Shown piece by piece: positions 49,066 to 59,203 of a stretch of 64,000 nucleotides of DNA (positions within the stretch are counted from its first letter, which is position 1; each line of letters starts with the position of its first letter). The notes under the pieces were generated by a model. That model was not told where the DNA came from and did no database searches. It worked only from the letters and a program-made list of their open reading frames with translations. This stretch comes from Candidatus Krumholzibacteriia bacterium (GTDB lineage Bacteria > Krumholzibacteriota > Krumholzibacteriia > JAJRXK01), in contig JBGPIA010000013.1 of the NCBI GenBank assembly GCA_041484665.1, positions 1-64,000 of the forward strand. The letters are read 5' to 3'. A program made the position numbers and the translations under genes.

Positions 49066-49923
49066 ATGTACGAGGTCGAGAGAGGTTCGGATCGCCGCCA
49101 GGACCAGGCGCTGCAGCACTATCTCAAGGGGATCGGACGCTACCCGCTGCTGACCAAGGAGCAGGAGTTCGCGCTGGCCCGGCGCATCCGCAACGGCGAC
49201 GCCGCGGCGCTGGAGAAGCTCGTCTACTCCAACCTGCGCTTTGTCGTGAGCGTTGCCAAACGCTACGCGGGCCACGGCCTGAGCTTCCTGGACCTGATCG
49301 CGGAGGGGAACTCCGGCCTGATCACCGCGGCGCGCCGCTTCGATGAGCGGCGCACCTTCCGATTCATCAGCTACGCGGTGTGGTGGATCCGCCAGGCGAT
49401 CCAGAAGGCTCTGGCCGAGCAGACGCATACGGTGCGCCTGCCGATCAACCGCTCGCAGCAAGGTCAGAGGTTGCGCAGGATCAACAACCGCCTCGAGCAG
49501 AAGCGCGGCGGCTCCGTCCACGCGGAGGAAGTGGCCAAGGAGCTGCAGATCTCGGTGAAGAAGCTCTATGAGATCAACGCTGTGCTGCGTCCGCTGCTGA
49601 GCCTGGACGCGAGCCTGCACGACGACGACGGCCAGCCGTTGCAAGAGATCCTGGCGAACCCGGAGGATGCGACACCGGAGGAGAGCTTCGTGCAGGACGA
49701 GTTGCGGCTGCAGCTGGAGGCGGCGATGACGAAGCTCACGAACCGCGAGCGCAGCATCGTGATGCGCTACTACGGGCTCGAGGGCGACGAGTGCTCTTCC
49801 CTGGAGGCGATCGGCGAGGACATCAACCTCTCGCGCGAACGGGTACGGCAGATCCGCAACGACGCACTGCGCAAGATGCGCCACGCGGCGACCGGGGCTG
49901 GCCTGGGCGACTACCTTGCCTAG
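49066..49923 (+). CDS. RNA polymerase sigma factor, RpoD/RpoS family (no region 1.1)
   Basis: NLRFVVSVAKRY, DLIAEGN, FISYAVWWIRQAI and SRERVRQI motifs. Confidence 0.93.
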   Translation: MYEVERGSDRRQDQALQHYLKGIGRYPLLTKEQEFALARRIRNGDAAALEKLVYSNLRFVVSVAKRYAGHGLSFLDLIAEGNSGLITAARRFDERRTFRFISYAVWWIRQAIQKALAEQTHTVRLPINRSQQGQRLRRINNRLEQKRGGSVHAEEVAKELQISVKKLYEINAVLRPLLSLDASLHDDDGQPLQEILANPEDATPEESFVQDELRLQLEAAMTKLTNRERSIVMRYYGLEGDECSSLEAIGEDINLSRERVRQIRNDALRKMRHAATGAGLGDYLA

Positions 49924-49961
49924 CCGCGTCGCGCCTCCCACCAGGACAGCGCATTTCGAAC

Positions 49962-50093
49962 GTTCGCGCGGTCCTTCGGGCGATTGTTCGGGCCGTTGTT
50001 CGGGCCGTTGTTCGGGTCATTGTTCCGGCCGTTGTTCGGGCTGTTCTTCGTCCCGCCCGGCGCGTCATTGTTCCGGTCATCGTTCGACGCGTC
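49962..50093. repeat. About 11 tandem 12-bp repeats (GTTCGGGCCGTT consensus)
   Basis: Directly visible in the intergenic region. Confidence 0.85.
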
Positions 50094-50141
50094 CGGCGCG
50101 CGGCCCAACGCCAGGGTCGATCGCCCTCGCCTGTGTTCGCC

Positions 50142-50567
50142 ATGTCAGCTAACGCGAGAAACAAAAAAACGACGCCCCTCGGTCAGGAGGTCCGGCGGCT
50201 CCGCTTGGAGGCTGGCGACACGCTGCGCGGGCTCGCCAAGAAGCTCTCCATATCGCCGGCACATCTGTCGGACATCGAGCACGACCGGCGCCGGCCCTCT
50301 GAGAACCTGCTGCGCAGGATCGCGCATGAACTCCGCGCTGTCGGCGCGACGTTCGCTTCGCTCGAGGTGCTCATCACTGGGATCGACCCCCAGACGCGCG
50401 AATGGGCCGCATCGACGCCGGGAGCGCGCGCGCTGCTTCGGAAGGTGCTCGGAGCGGGCGCGGACCCCCTCGAGATCCTCCGCGCTCTGGAGAAAGGCGT
50501 GGCGCGCAACGGACGCCGGAGCACCCGGAGAGCGCAGGGAACCGGAACGAACCGAAAGGTCCGCTGA
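50142..50567 (+). CDS. XRE family HTH protein
   Basis: LGQEVRRLR...TLRGLAKKLSISPAHLSDIEHDRRRPS. Confidence 0.85.
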   Translation: MSANARNKKTTPLGQEVRRLRLEAGDTLRGLAKKLSISPAHLSDIEHDRRRPSENLLRRIAHELRAVGATFASLEVLITGIDPQTREWAASTPGARALLRKVLGAGADPLEILRALEKGVARNGRRSTRRAQGTGTNRKVR

Positions 50568-50793
50568 CCGGGTTGGGCTCGCCCGAGATCGCGCTGAGCT
50601 GGAAGCCAGTGTCAGACGGATCCGGGCCATCCAAGGCCGCAAGCCCGTCTACCCGGCGTTGCGCCGGACGCTCCCCTCGGCGAGCACTGGATCGGTCCAG
50701 TCCCGGCCAGAAGGGACAGGCATCCTGGAGGCCTCTGCAGTCACAGGAATCCTGGAGCCCTCCGCGAGCCTTCCTTTGTCCGTGTAGACCGGG

Positions 50794-51261
50794 TCAACCC
50801 CGCTCTCCCTGATCCTGTTCCTGCGCGCTGCGATTCCCCGACACGATCCGCTCGTACTGCGTTTCCATGAGCGGACTCGACAGCATGAAGTCGGCGCTCG
50901 CGCGGTTGCACGCGATCGGCGTGTTGTACACCACCGCGATGCGGAGCAGGGCCTTCACGTCGACGTCGTGCGGGTGCGGCTCGAGCGGATCCCAGAAGAA
51001 GACGACGAAGTCGATGCGCCCCTCGGCAATTGCGGCGCCAACCTGCTGATCGCCACCCAGCGGCCCGCTCAGGAACCGCGTGACCTCCAGCCCGAGCTCG
51101 GCCGCCAGCAAGCCGCCCGTCGTCCCGGTGGCGTAGAGCTCGTGCCGCGCGAGCGTCCCCCGGTTGAAGCGGGCCCACTCCAACAGGTGCCCCTTGCGGT
51201 TGTCGTGCGCGATGAGGGCGATCCGCTTGCGCTCGGCCATGCGGACAGTGGGTCGGGTCAT
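50794..51261 (-). CDS. mgsA: Methylglyoxal synthase
   Basis: [22 protein letters not shown] and [11 protein letters not shown] motifs. Confidence 0.95.
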   Translation of the reverse strand: MTRPTVRMAERKRIALIAHDNRKGHLLEWARFNRGTLARHELYATGTTGGLLAAELGLEVTRFLSGPLGGDQQVGAAIAEGRIDFVVFFWDPLEPHPHDVDVKALLRIAVVYNTPIACNRASADFMLSSPLMETQYERIVSGNRSAQEQDQGERG

Positions 51262-51602
51262 TGCTGTCTCCACACGTTTCGGTGGGGGTGTCGAACGGTT
51301 CGCCGCATGGGTGGGGTTCGGTGCGCGGCGGGTCGCCGGGTCGGCCGATCGGTGCTCAACGCGGTGGGTCGGTTGGTCGGCCGACGGGCGCTGAACGCGG
51401 CGGGTGGATGTCGGATCGGCCGGTGGATGCTCGGACTGACCGGTGAGGGTCGGCTCTGCCGCTGAATGCCCGGATCCGCCGGTGGGTGCGGACTCGGCCG
51501 GCGAGCGTCGGGTTGGCCCGCGCCAAATCCGCCCGCACCACGTCCGCCCGCACCGATTCGGCCGGCACCCGAGCGAGCGTGGTCCCGGCGCCTGGACGAG
51601 CC

Positions 51603-52625
51603 TCATTTCTCGATCTTCATCGACTCCAGCGCCGTCGCAAACTCCTTCTCCGATACGTCCGGCCCGCGCTCGGGCCCGCTCATCCCGATGAGGAACACGA
51701 ACGACCCGCGCGGCACGATCCACATCCGCGTCAGCGTGCGGAATTGCAGGCTGTCGCCGGTCGAGAGTGTGTACTTGAACTTAGCGTGGGCGGCCTTCAG
51801 CCCGCAGACTACGGTCTCCTCGATGGGCGTCACCGTCTGGAAATCGGCATACGCGTGCTGGAGCGGCGCCATGGCGCCCTCGAGAAGCTTCGTCGCCGGT
51901 AGGCTGGCCAGGGCCCCGAGCGGCCTCAAACCGACCTGGATGCTCGGATTGAGATCGTCGTACGGCTCGGGATACTTCGTGAAGACGAACAGCGGCGCGC
52001 TCGCGCGCTTCTGGATGGCGTCCTGCAACTCGGCGTCGGAGAGGCGCACCCTTGCCCGGTTCTCCTCCACTTGCTGCAGCGATGCGGTGCTCCAGCCGGC
52101 GGGCCGGACCAGCGAGATCCCGGCCGTCGCGTTGTCGAAGCGCTCACCTCGGGGCTGGGTTGCTGGAGGGGTGGCTGGAGAGGACGGTTGGGCGGACGAC
52201 TGGGCTGGTGGCTGGGCGGACGATTGGGCGGGCGATTGGATGGACCGCTGAGCTGATGGCTGAGGTGATGGGTGGGCGGAGGACTGGGCCCCGTGATGGG
52301 GCACGGCCTGGTCTGAGGATGGAGCCAGTGGTTGGGGTGTAGGTGCATCGGTGGGCGACGCGGCGAACCGAGCGGGCGGCCGCGCCTCCGCTCGATGCGG
52401 CGCTGTGAGCGGCGCGGCTGCGAGCTGGACCGCTCCCGATCGGGTTTCCTGCGCGCGCGCGGTGGAGCCGGGGCCAGTGGGAAGCACAATCGCCACCAGC
52501 GCCGCGAGGGTGGCGAGCGCGGCGATCGCTGCCGACGCAGCGGGCCCGGCGACCGTGCCGGAGCGACGCAAGGCGGCGCGACCGGAGATGGCCCAAGGCG
52601 GGCTCGGGTGTTGGCGCTGCATCAT
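51603..52625 (-). CDS. Secreted hypothetical protein with Q/S/P/A repeat linker
   Basis: Signal/TM segment, 12-bp repeat linker and a globular C-terminal domain (PAGW...[10 protein letters not shown]). Confidence 0.65.
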   Translation of the reverse strand: MMQRQHPSPPWAISGRAALRRSGTVAGPAASAAIAALATLAALVAIVLPTGPGSTARAQETRSGAVQLAAAPLTAPHRAEARPPARFAASPTDAPTPQPLAPSSDQAVPHHGAQSSAHPSPQPSAQRSIQSPAQSSAQPPAQSSAQPSSPATPPATQPRGERFDNATAGISLVRPAGWSTASLQQVEENRARVRLSDAELQDAIQKRASAPLFVFTKYPEPYDDLNPSIQVGLRPLGALASLPATKLLEGAMAPLQHAYADFQTVTPIEETVVCGLKAAHAKFKYTLSTGDSLQFRTLTRMWIVPRGSFVFLIGMSGPERGPDVSEKEFATALESMKIEK

Positions 52626-52810
52626 GACCCACCTCGCGAGGCTGCGTGCGATGAGAAGTGCGGGACCTTCCGGGCTCCAGGGTAGCGCCGTGCGCGGGGT
52701 GGGGACAAGGAGCGGGTCGGTGGCGGGTCGGCGGCGAGAGCGCGGCGGCTGCGGAGCTCGGGCCTTGGGAGGACAGCGGTCGCCCAGCGAAAGGTGTCCT
52801 GATTCCCGGG

Positions 52811-52834
52811 ATGTGTCCTGAGATCATGACACAT
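52811..52834. promoter_or_regulatory. Candidate enhancer (UAS) palindrome
   Basis: ATGTGTC-N10-GACACAT lies about 165 bp upstream of a -24/-12 promoter. Confidence 0.5.
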
Positions 52835-52994
52835 GCACAACTCCCTGCGATTGAATTGATTAACCGCGATACGCGGCCGCAGTGCCCGGCCAGCAGTACA
52901 CCCGGGTCAGCCACGACCGACAGTCCACATGCGGTGGTCCGATGTAAGTGACGCATCGACAAGCGATCAGACAGGTGTCCGAGCCCAGCGGTGT

Positions 52995-53011
52995 TGGGCA
53001 TGGCGACTGCT
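52995..53011 (+). promoter_or_regulatory. sigma54 (-24/-12) promoter
   Basis: TGGGCATGGCGACTGCT = GG-N10-GC with GGCATG and TGCT flanks. Confidence 0.55.
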
Positions 53012-53172
53012 TTGTCTGCGGTGGAGCGAATGCCCGGCAGAGGGTGCTGGGCGCATGGTGCGGTGGTGCGACCGCACGCGGATTCTGGCGACTGCCGCAC
53101 GCTGATGCGACCGGTGGGGCCGCGCCCGGGCTGCCGATCAGGAGGCGGATCGAATGCAGCGAGGGCGCGAAT

Positions 53173-53376
53173 CAACTGCGAACGGCCGGATGGAGCGGGG
53201 CGGGGCGACGGGATTACGAGGGGCGACTGCGGACGGCCGGATCGTGCGGTCGCCGAGGTTGGAGGTCGACTGCGGACGGGTAGATCGAACGGGACGCGGC
53301 GACGGGGGCGCCAACTGCGAACGGCCGGTTCGCACCTGCGGTCGGACGGGGCTGCTGGCGGATGCGAACGTCGGCG
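53173..53376 (+). repeat. Spaced array of about 21-bp repeats (CRACTGCGRACGGCCGGATCG)
   Basis: Copies start at 53173, 53224, 53267 and 53312, with a degenerate one near 53359. The period is 43-51 bp. Confidence 0.7.
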
Positions 53377-54009
53377 AGGCCACCGACGATGGGACGCGAG
53401 AGGGCAGGGCGGCGAACGTCCGTGCACTCCGTCAGCCTTGGTTCTGGTCCGGCGGGAGGCGATGAACATCGGGGCCACTCAGCGCCCAACGAATGCGACT
53501 GAACATTGAATGGCGCTCTTCTGACGGCGGCGGCCGGGTCCGGTCTGGACGAACCGCCTTCGTTCTTGGGACGCCTGGCGCCAAGGCCACAGTGGCTGGC
53601 CGTGATTGGATCTAGGACTTTTCCTTAGAATCGTTGCTTGTCCGCGGCTCGCGCCGCGCGACGGGAGGCTCCACAACATCAACGAGTGGACCGAACGCTG
53701 GGGGGCGTCCGGCCTTGCACCATTGTTACCCTCCCGGTGTGCACCCGAAGCACCCGCATTCGAGCGGCCAGTCCCTTGCCAGGCACGGGACCCCTCGCGG
53801 GCGTGGGCCCCCTCTCGTCAGCCGCTTGACAGAGCGCCCCGCTCGCAGGCAAGCTTATTCCGCGCGGTCAGGCTGGACTCGCCACCGCCTGATCCCCTCA
53901 CATCGCCTCCACTCCTGACGGAAAACATGGCGAGACGGGGCCTCCAGCGCCCGGATTTTTGGGCCAGGTTCGACGCGGCTCCGCCTCAGAACGCGATAGG
54001 AGTCGTCCG

Positions 54010-54420
54010 ATGCTCGCTCGCACCGCCTCCCGCTTTGCCGCGCACGCGCCTCTCACGCGCGCCATCGTGTGCCTGGTAGCAGCATTCGTATTGGGCACCA
54101 CATGCGCACCGCAGACGGCCTTGGCCAGTCGTCCACACATGGCGGACGCCTCTGGCGGCATGTACGCCAACGGCGACCCGGACGGAGGCCATGGCAAGCC
54201 ATTTGATCCGGGCGCGACCACTCTCGGGAGAGCGTCGACCGGGCTCGTTGGTGGGGGTGAGATCTCACCGAACACGGCGCGGGTCAATCAGCTCCGACAG
54301 CCGGCGACCGGCGAGACACATCGGCCGGTTGTTTTCAGTCCAGTGTGGGCGCACGCGAGCCGCAGCGGGTTTGTCTCACTCTTGACCTGGCTGGCATCTT
54401 TCGCCCGAAGCTGGAGGTAG
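54010..54420 (+). CDS. Small secreted protein / putative signalling-peptide precursor
   Basis: AGGAG RBS, signal peptide ending TALA and a Gly-rich mature region with NGDPDGG. The last codons carry the GGAGG RBS of the next gene. Confidence 0.6.
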   Translation: MLARTASRFAAHAPLTRAIVCLVAAFVLGTTCAPQTALASRPHMADASGGMYANGDPDGGHGKPFDPGATTLGRASTGLVGGGEISPNTARVNQLRQPATGETHRPVVFSPVWAHASRSGFVSLLTWLASFARSWR

Positions 54421-54423
54421 GCC

Positions 54424-56982
54424 ATGGTTCGTGCCCCACTGCCGAACATCGAGCAACTGGCAGAATTGCATGAGAGGATCGCGGCAAGGGCGGACACGGT
54501 CCGGCCGTCTCCTTCGGCCCCGGTGGAGTTGCTATCGCTCGTTGAGGATCTCCTAAACGCTGGCGCCCCGGAGTTGGCTGGCCAGTTGATCGCAGAGCCA
54601 AACATCCCGCGCCCGAGTTCCGGTTCCGAGGCGGAGTCTCGGGCTCATCTACTTTTCGCACGCGTCCTCTACGAACAGCATCGGTGGGAGGAGTTGTTCT
54701 CGTTCGTGGAGTCGCACGAACGAGACCTGGAGCCTGAAGAGGCCGGACGGGCTTGCGTCCGAGCTGCCTGGGCTGCGCTCCTCTCAGGTGACGTGGCTCG
54801 CTGCAGCGAGTACGTGCACCGCACGATAGCGCACCAAGTTTCGGCTCGGTCCTTAGCCATCGCTGCAGATCTCGGCTTTTTGGGCGGCTACCGAGCCGCG
54901 CACACGGGTGGGGCGATCATTGAAGCCAAGCGTGAAGTCGAAACCGCGATCGCGCTGTATCGCCACGCGGGTGAGTCCCATTATCTGATTCGCGCGCTGC
55001 TACTTGGGGCAGCATTAGAACTAAGGCTCGGCAAGCTGGAGAGCAGCACTTCCTACGGACTCGAGGCTCTGGAAATTGCGGCGTCCAAAGGTAACGTATC
55101 CGAATCGGTTGGGGCGCTTGGAATCCTTGCAATCGTGCAATACCGGCAGGCGGCGTTTGACCAAGCGATCGAAACGATCGAGCGGGCGAATCGACTCTGC
55201 GTGTTGTTTCCAGGGCTCTTACGAAGTCACCAAGTAGGTCTTCTTGATGCTCGCGTGCAGCTCTTTCTTGGGAATTTGGACGCTGCGCGCTCTCGACTCG
55301 CCGATGTGGCGGAAACTCTCCGCGGTGCACCGAGCACCACGTCCTCAAGCCTAGTTGCGGAATACAACGGGTTAGCGTCCCTGCAGGCAGGTGACCCAAC
55401 GCGCGCGATGCAAGATTTTCGCGAGGCGGAAAACATTCTGAAGACTAGCTCTTATGACTCGTACTATGCGGCCGAGATACTTCTGCGCCAAGCGGAAGCG
55501 TCGTTAGAGTTGGGAGCCTACGAGGGTGCGCGAGACCTCGCCGGCCGCGCGCTCGCGATGAGCCGAGCTAGAGGGATCGAGCTGGAAGTCGGCCATATAC
55601 TCCGGGTGGACGCCCTGGCGAGGTGGTTCTTGGGAGACGGACAGGGAGCGCGTGCTACCTTGCGTGACGCCGAATCCCACCTCCGCCACATCGGCGACCT
55701 GTACGAAGTCGGCCGCGTCCTCCTTGCTCGAGCCGAGTTCCTGGCCGAGACGCCCGGGGCCGCCGTGGCTGCGGCTGCCGAGGCTCTGAACCTCTTCGAG
55801 CGCATGGGCGTGATCCACCTCGCCGACCGCGCGCGCGACCTGCTGGCGATCTCGCAGGTGCGCCAGCGCGCGGCGCAGGCGCACGCCGAGCACGCCCCCG
55901 ATCTGGATCAGTCCCGCTCGAACGACCCAGCGCGCTCGGCGCGAACGACCTCGGACGCTGCGGCTGCCCTCACGCCATCCACCACGCCGGCCATTGCGCC
56001 ATCCACCACGCCATCTCCCGCATTCGACCCGATCATCGACCTCTCGACCGGCCCCATCGTAGCCGCCTCCCCCGCCACGCGGGAAGTGCTCGCCAAAGCC
56101 AGGACCATCGCTCCCCACCCCGGCTCCGTCCTCCTCACCGGTGAGACCGGCGTCGGCAAGGACATCATCGCGCGCTTCATCCACGACCACAGCGCGCGCG
56201 CCGGGAGCGAGTTCGTCCCTGTCAACTGCGCCGCGATCCCCGACACGCTCTTCGAGCGCGAGCTGTTCGGACACGCCCGCGGCTCGTTCACCGGCGCCGA
56301 CCGCACGTCGCCGGGGCTCGTCGAGTACGCCAACGGCGGTACGCTGTTCCTCGATGAGATCGGCGAGCTGCCCATGCCCCTGCAGGCCAAGCTGCTGCGC
56401 CTGCTACAGGACGGCTCATTCCGGCGCGTCGGCGAGGCCCAGGAGCGCAAGGTGGACGTGCGCGTGATTGCCGCGACCAATCGCGATCTGGGTGGGCAGA
56501 TCTCCCAGAAGATCTTCCGCGAGGACCTCTGGTTCCGGCTGTCGCTGTTCGAGCTCGAGATCCCGCCGCTGCGGGCGCGCTCCGAGGATGTCATCCCACT
56601 CGTCCACTTCTTCCTGGAGCGCGAGAGCCGGCGCCTGCGCAACACTTTCTGGATGACCAAGGATGCGTGGCAGCTTATCAAGCGCTATGGCTGGCCGGGC
56701 AACGTGCGCGAGCTGGAGTCGGCGATCGTGAGCTCGACCGCGCAAGCGGGCAAGGACGGCTGCGTGCACACCGAGCACCTCCCGCGCTCGCTGCGCGGGA
56801 TGGGCAGCATCCCAACGTCGGTGACCCTCGACCTCACCAAGCATCTGGAGAACGAGGAGCGCCGCATGATCCTGCTGGCGCTGCAGCGCTCTCGCCAGAG
56901 CAAGGCCGAGGCGGCACGCTATCTGGGCATCAGCCGCAATTCGCTCTACGACAAGCTGAAACGGTTGGGAATCGAGGACTGA
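54424..56982 (+). CDS. sigma54-dependent activator (TPR-like helical N-terminus, AAA+, Fis HTH)
   Basis: GETGVGKD, ELFGHARGSFTGA, LFLDEIGE, WPGNVREL and C-terminal HTH. There is no receiver domain. Confidence 0.92.
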   Translation: MVRAPLPNIEQLAELHERIAARADTVRPSPSAPVELLSLVEDLLNAGAPELAGQLIAEPNIPRPSSGSEAESRAHLLFARVLYEQHRWEELFSFVESHERDLEPEEAGRACVRAAWAALLSGDVARCSEYVHRTIAHQVSARSLAIAADLGFLGGYRAAHTGGAIIEAKREVETAIALYRHAGESHYLIRALLLGAALELRLGKLESSTSYGLEALEIAASKGNVSESVGALGILAIVQYRQAAFDQAIETIERANRLCVLFPGLLRSHQVGLLDARVQLFLGNLDAARSRLADVAETLRGAPSTTSSSLVAEYNGLASLQAGDPTRAMQDFREAENILKTSSYDSYYAAEILLRQAEASLELGAYEGARDLAGRALAMSRARGIELEVGHILRVDALARWFLGDGQGARATLRDAESHLRHIGDLYEVGRVLLARAEFLAETPGAAVAAAAEALNLFERMGVIHLADRARDLLAISQVRQRAAQAHAEHAPDLDQSRSNDPARSARTTSDAAAALTPSTTPAIAPSTTPSPAFDPIIDLSTGPIVAASPATREVLAKARTIAPHPGSVLLTGETGVGKDIIARFIHDHSARAGSEFVPVNCAAIPDTLFERELFGHARGSFTGADRTSPGLVEYANGGTLFLDEIGELPMPLQAKLLRLLQDGSFRRVGEAQERKVDVRVIAATNRDLGGQISQKIFREDLWFRLSLFELEIPPLRARSEDVIPLVHFFLERESRRLRNTFWMTKDAWQLIKRYGWPGNVRELESAIVSSTAQAGKDGCVHTEHLPRSLRGMGSIPTSVTLDLTKHLENEERRMILLALQRSRQSKAEAARYLGISRNSLYDKLKRLGIED

Positions 56983-57177
56983 GGGCGACTCTGGCGGGTC
57001 CTGGCCTGCGGGGCCCACGCGGGCCCGCGCTGGCGAGCGCGGGGTACCCGGGGGCGTCAGCGGCTCAGATGGCCGTGGCAAGTTTCCACGAGCGCGGGCG
57101 TGTGCGAGCGTACCCGGGCGCAATTCCCGCGGCCCATTCGCAGCCCATTCCCCGCTCGCGCGTCCCTTCACGCCCCC

Positions 57178-58107
57178 TCACGTCAATCCCTCCGGGCCCC
57201 TGCAGATCTCCTGGTGCCTCCACCCCGGCCCGCGCCGCTTGTCCTTGGTGACGACCAGCTCGCAGACGAACCGCTGCCCTTCGGCGCGGCGCACGCTGCC
57301 CTCGGCGCGCAGCGAGATGAGTGAACCCAGCCCAGTCCGCTCACCCTTGGTCAGGAACAGCAGCACCGCGTTGTGCTTCTTCACCAGCCCCGCCAACCGC
57401 GTGAGCGCGGGCTGCGTGACCTGTCCCCGTGGACCCTGCGCGCCCGCCGCCGCGAGATCCATCACCACCAGCCCGAACGCCCCGCTGCGCAGGAGCTGAT
57501 CGGCCGCGCGGGCCGCATTGGCAGCATTGGCGGCATTGGCTGCACTGGCAGCATTGGCTGCGCTGGCAGCGCCGGCCGCACCCGAGCTGCCGTTCAGGCG
57601 CACCACGGGCAACGCCGCCAGGTCGATCCCCCACGCTGCCATGTCGGGCGGGAAGAAGGTCGACCCGCCAACGGCGATCCACGCCACGGGCTGTCCACGA
57701 TGTTGGGCGTCGAGCACCAGCGAGGCCGCGAACGTCAGCAGCGGCGTCTGCCCGAAGCTGACGAGCTCGCACAGCCGGCCGCTGAGGGCGTCGAGGCTCC
57801 AGGACTTGCCACGGCCGGTGTCGGGTCGGGTGTCAGGTCTGACGTCAGGTCGGGTGTTTGGTCTGGCGTCGAGTCGAGTGTCGGGCCTGGCGTCGGGTCT
57901 GGCGTCAGGACTGATGCCAGAACGAGCGCCGGGCATGGCGTCGGAGCCGGCGCCGCGCCGAATGCCCGGCCAATCGTCAATCTGGCCATCCGGCTGGGGT
58001 AGAAGCTCGCCCTGGACCTTGCGCAGCACCTCGATGCTGCCCGCCGGCAAGGCGGAGGCCAGGGAGTCCGCGAGGGACTCGACGAACGAACGGGCGGCGC
58101 TTTCCAT
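57178..58107 (-). CDS. imuA: ImuA (RecA-like mutagenesis protein)
   Basis: LSGRLCEL, VAWI...FFPPD, LLRSGAFGLVVMD and LGSLISLR motifs. There is no canonical Walker A. It is near lexA and has the shared promoter box. Confidence 0.8.
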   Translation of the reverse strand: MESAARSFVESLADSLASALPAGSIEVLRKVQGELLPQPDGQIDDWPGIRRGAGSDAMPGARSGISPDARPDARPDTRLDARPNTRPDVRPDTRPDTGRGKSWSLDALSGRLCELVSFGQTPLLTFAASLVLDAQHRGQPVAWIAVGGSTFFPPDMAAWGIDLAALPVVRLNGSSGAAGAASAANAASAANAANAANAARAADQLLRSGAFGLVVMDLAAAGAQGPRGQVTQPALTRLAGLVKKHNAVLLFLTKGERTGLGSLISLRAEGSVRRAEGQRFVCELVVTKDKRRGPGWRHQEICRGPEGLT

Positions 58108-58181
58108 GAGAACGCGCTCCGGTGCGGAGCCCACGGGGACCCGGGGGACCCGGGCGGTGCGTGGGGCGTCATGGCGTTCTC

Positions 58182-58210
58182 AGGATAGCAGACGTTTGTC
58201 TGAAAGACAA
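58182..58210 (-). promoter_or_regulatory. imuA sigma70 promoter with candidate LexA box
   Basis: TTGTCT-17 nt-TATCCT, with the palindrome CAGAC-AAAC-GTCTG in the spacer. Confidence 0.8.
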
Positions 58211-58378
58211 GGTCGCGGTGAGATGTGGGCCGCTCGGAGCCCACCCTCCGCGGTGGGGCGAGATCTCGTCACCGCTCCGGTATCCGCAACCGCGGGATCC
58301 ACCGCCCGCCGGGACGACATACCGGTCGAAGTCGATGGGACGACGCGCCCGCGCCCGCGACTAACACTGCCAACGGGC

Positions 58379-59035
58379 TCATCGGCGATCGTCATCCTGC
58401 TCGGGCTTGTGGAGCCGCCCGTCGCCAACGGTCTCGACGACCTGGTCGTCGCGGTGCGTCGCGAAGCCCTGGGCCAGCTTGCGCGCGATCTCCTTCATGT
58501 CGACGGACCCGTCGGCCGCGCGCTGCACGCCGTAGACCGTGCTTGGGAAATCCAGCGGTTTCTGGACGGCCCAGATCCGCTCGTGCTCGCTCGGCGGGAA
58601 CAGCTGGGCGGGGTCGCCCACCGCTACCCACGCGATCGGCACGGTGACGCCGGGGCCGACGACGGTGTTCACGTGCACGACGCCGTTCACGCGCACCTCG
58701 GCGCCACGGCCGACGCGCGCGCCGAAGAATACCGTGACCCCCGTGGCGAGAAACACCTCGTTCTCGATCGTGCACCCCATCAGGCTGGCGTGCGGCCCGA
58801 CCAGTACGTGGCTGCCGATGTTCACCGGATGTCGGACGGTCGCGCGGAGCAGCGCCTGCTCGCGCACCACCACCGATTCGCCGAGCACGATTGGCGAGCC
58901 CTCGGCGACCAGCACGGCGCCGAATCCGATCTGGCAGTGCGGGCCGATCCAGACGTCGCCGCAGACAGTCGCCGTTGGCGCAACGTACGCGCTGGGATGG
59001 ATGGTCGGCGCCTTGCCGCGGTGCGTCAGAAGCAT
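58379..59035 (-). CDS. Gamma carbonic anhydrase family / hexapeptide repeat protein
   Basis: PTIHPSAYVAPTATVCGDVWIG and left-handed beta-helix repeats. Confidence 0.85.
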   Translation of the reverse strand: MLLTHRGKAPTIHPSAYVAPTATVCGDVWIGPHCQIGFGAVLVAEGSPIVLGESVVVREQALLRATVRHPVNIGSHVLVGPHASLMGCTIENEVFLATGVTVFFGARVGRGAEVRVNGVVHVNTVVGPGVTVPIAWVAVGDPAQLFPPSEHERIWAVQKPLDFPSTVYGVQRAADGSVDMKEIARKLAQGFATHRDDQVVETVGDGRLHKPEQDDDRR

Positions 59036-59203
59036 AGCGGCCTGTTCCTTTGGGGGGCTGGCGGAGGGGACGCGCACGCGGAGGGGACGCGCACGAGGTC
59101 AACAAGGCTAGTCCACGGTGAGCGCGACCGACAAGGCCTCCGGACGGACCGCAGGAAGGATCTCAGGACGGACGCCGGGACGGACCTCAGAAAGGACCCA
59201 TCT

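Noticed and set aside
53173..53376. CRISPR array
   Set aside because: The repeats are short and degenerate, spacer lengths vary, spacers resemble each other, and there are no cas genes. It is kept only as an unexplained repeat array.
57178..58107. recA
   Set aside because: It lacks the RecA Walker A (GPESSGKT) and signature motifs. Context and motifs fit ImuA.
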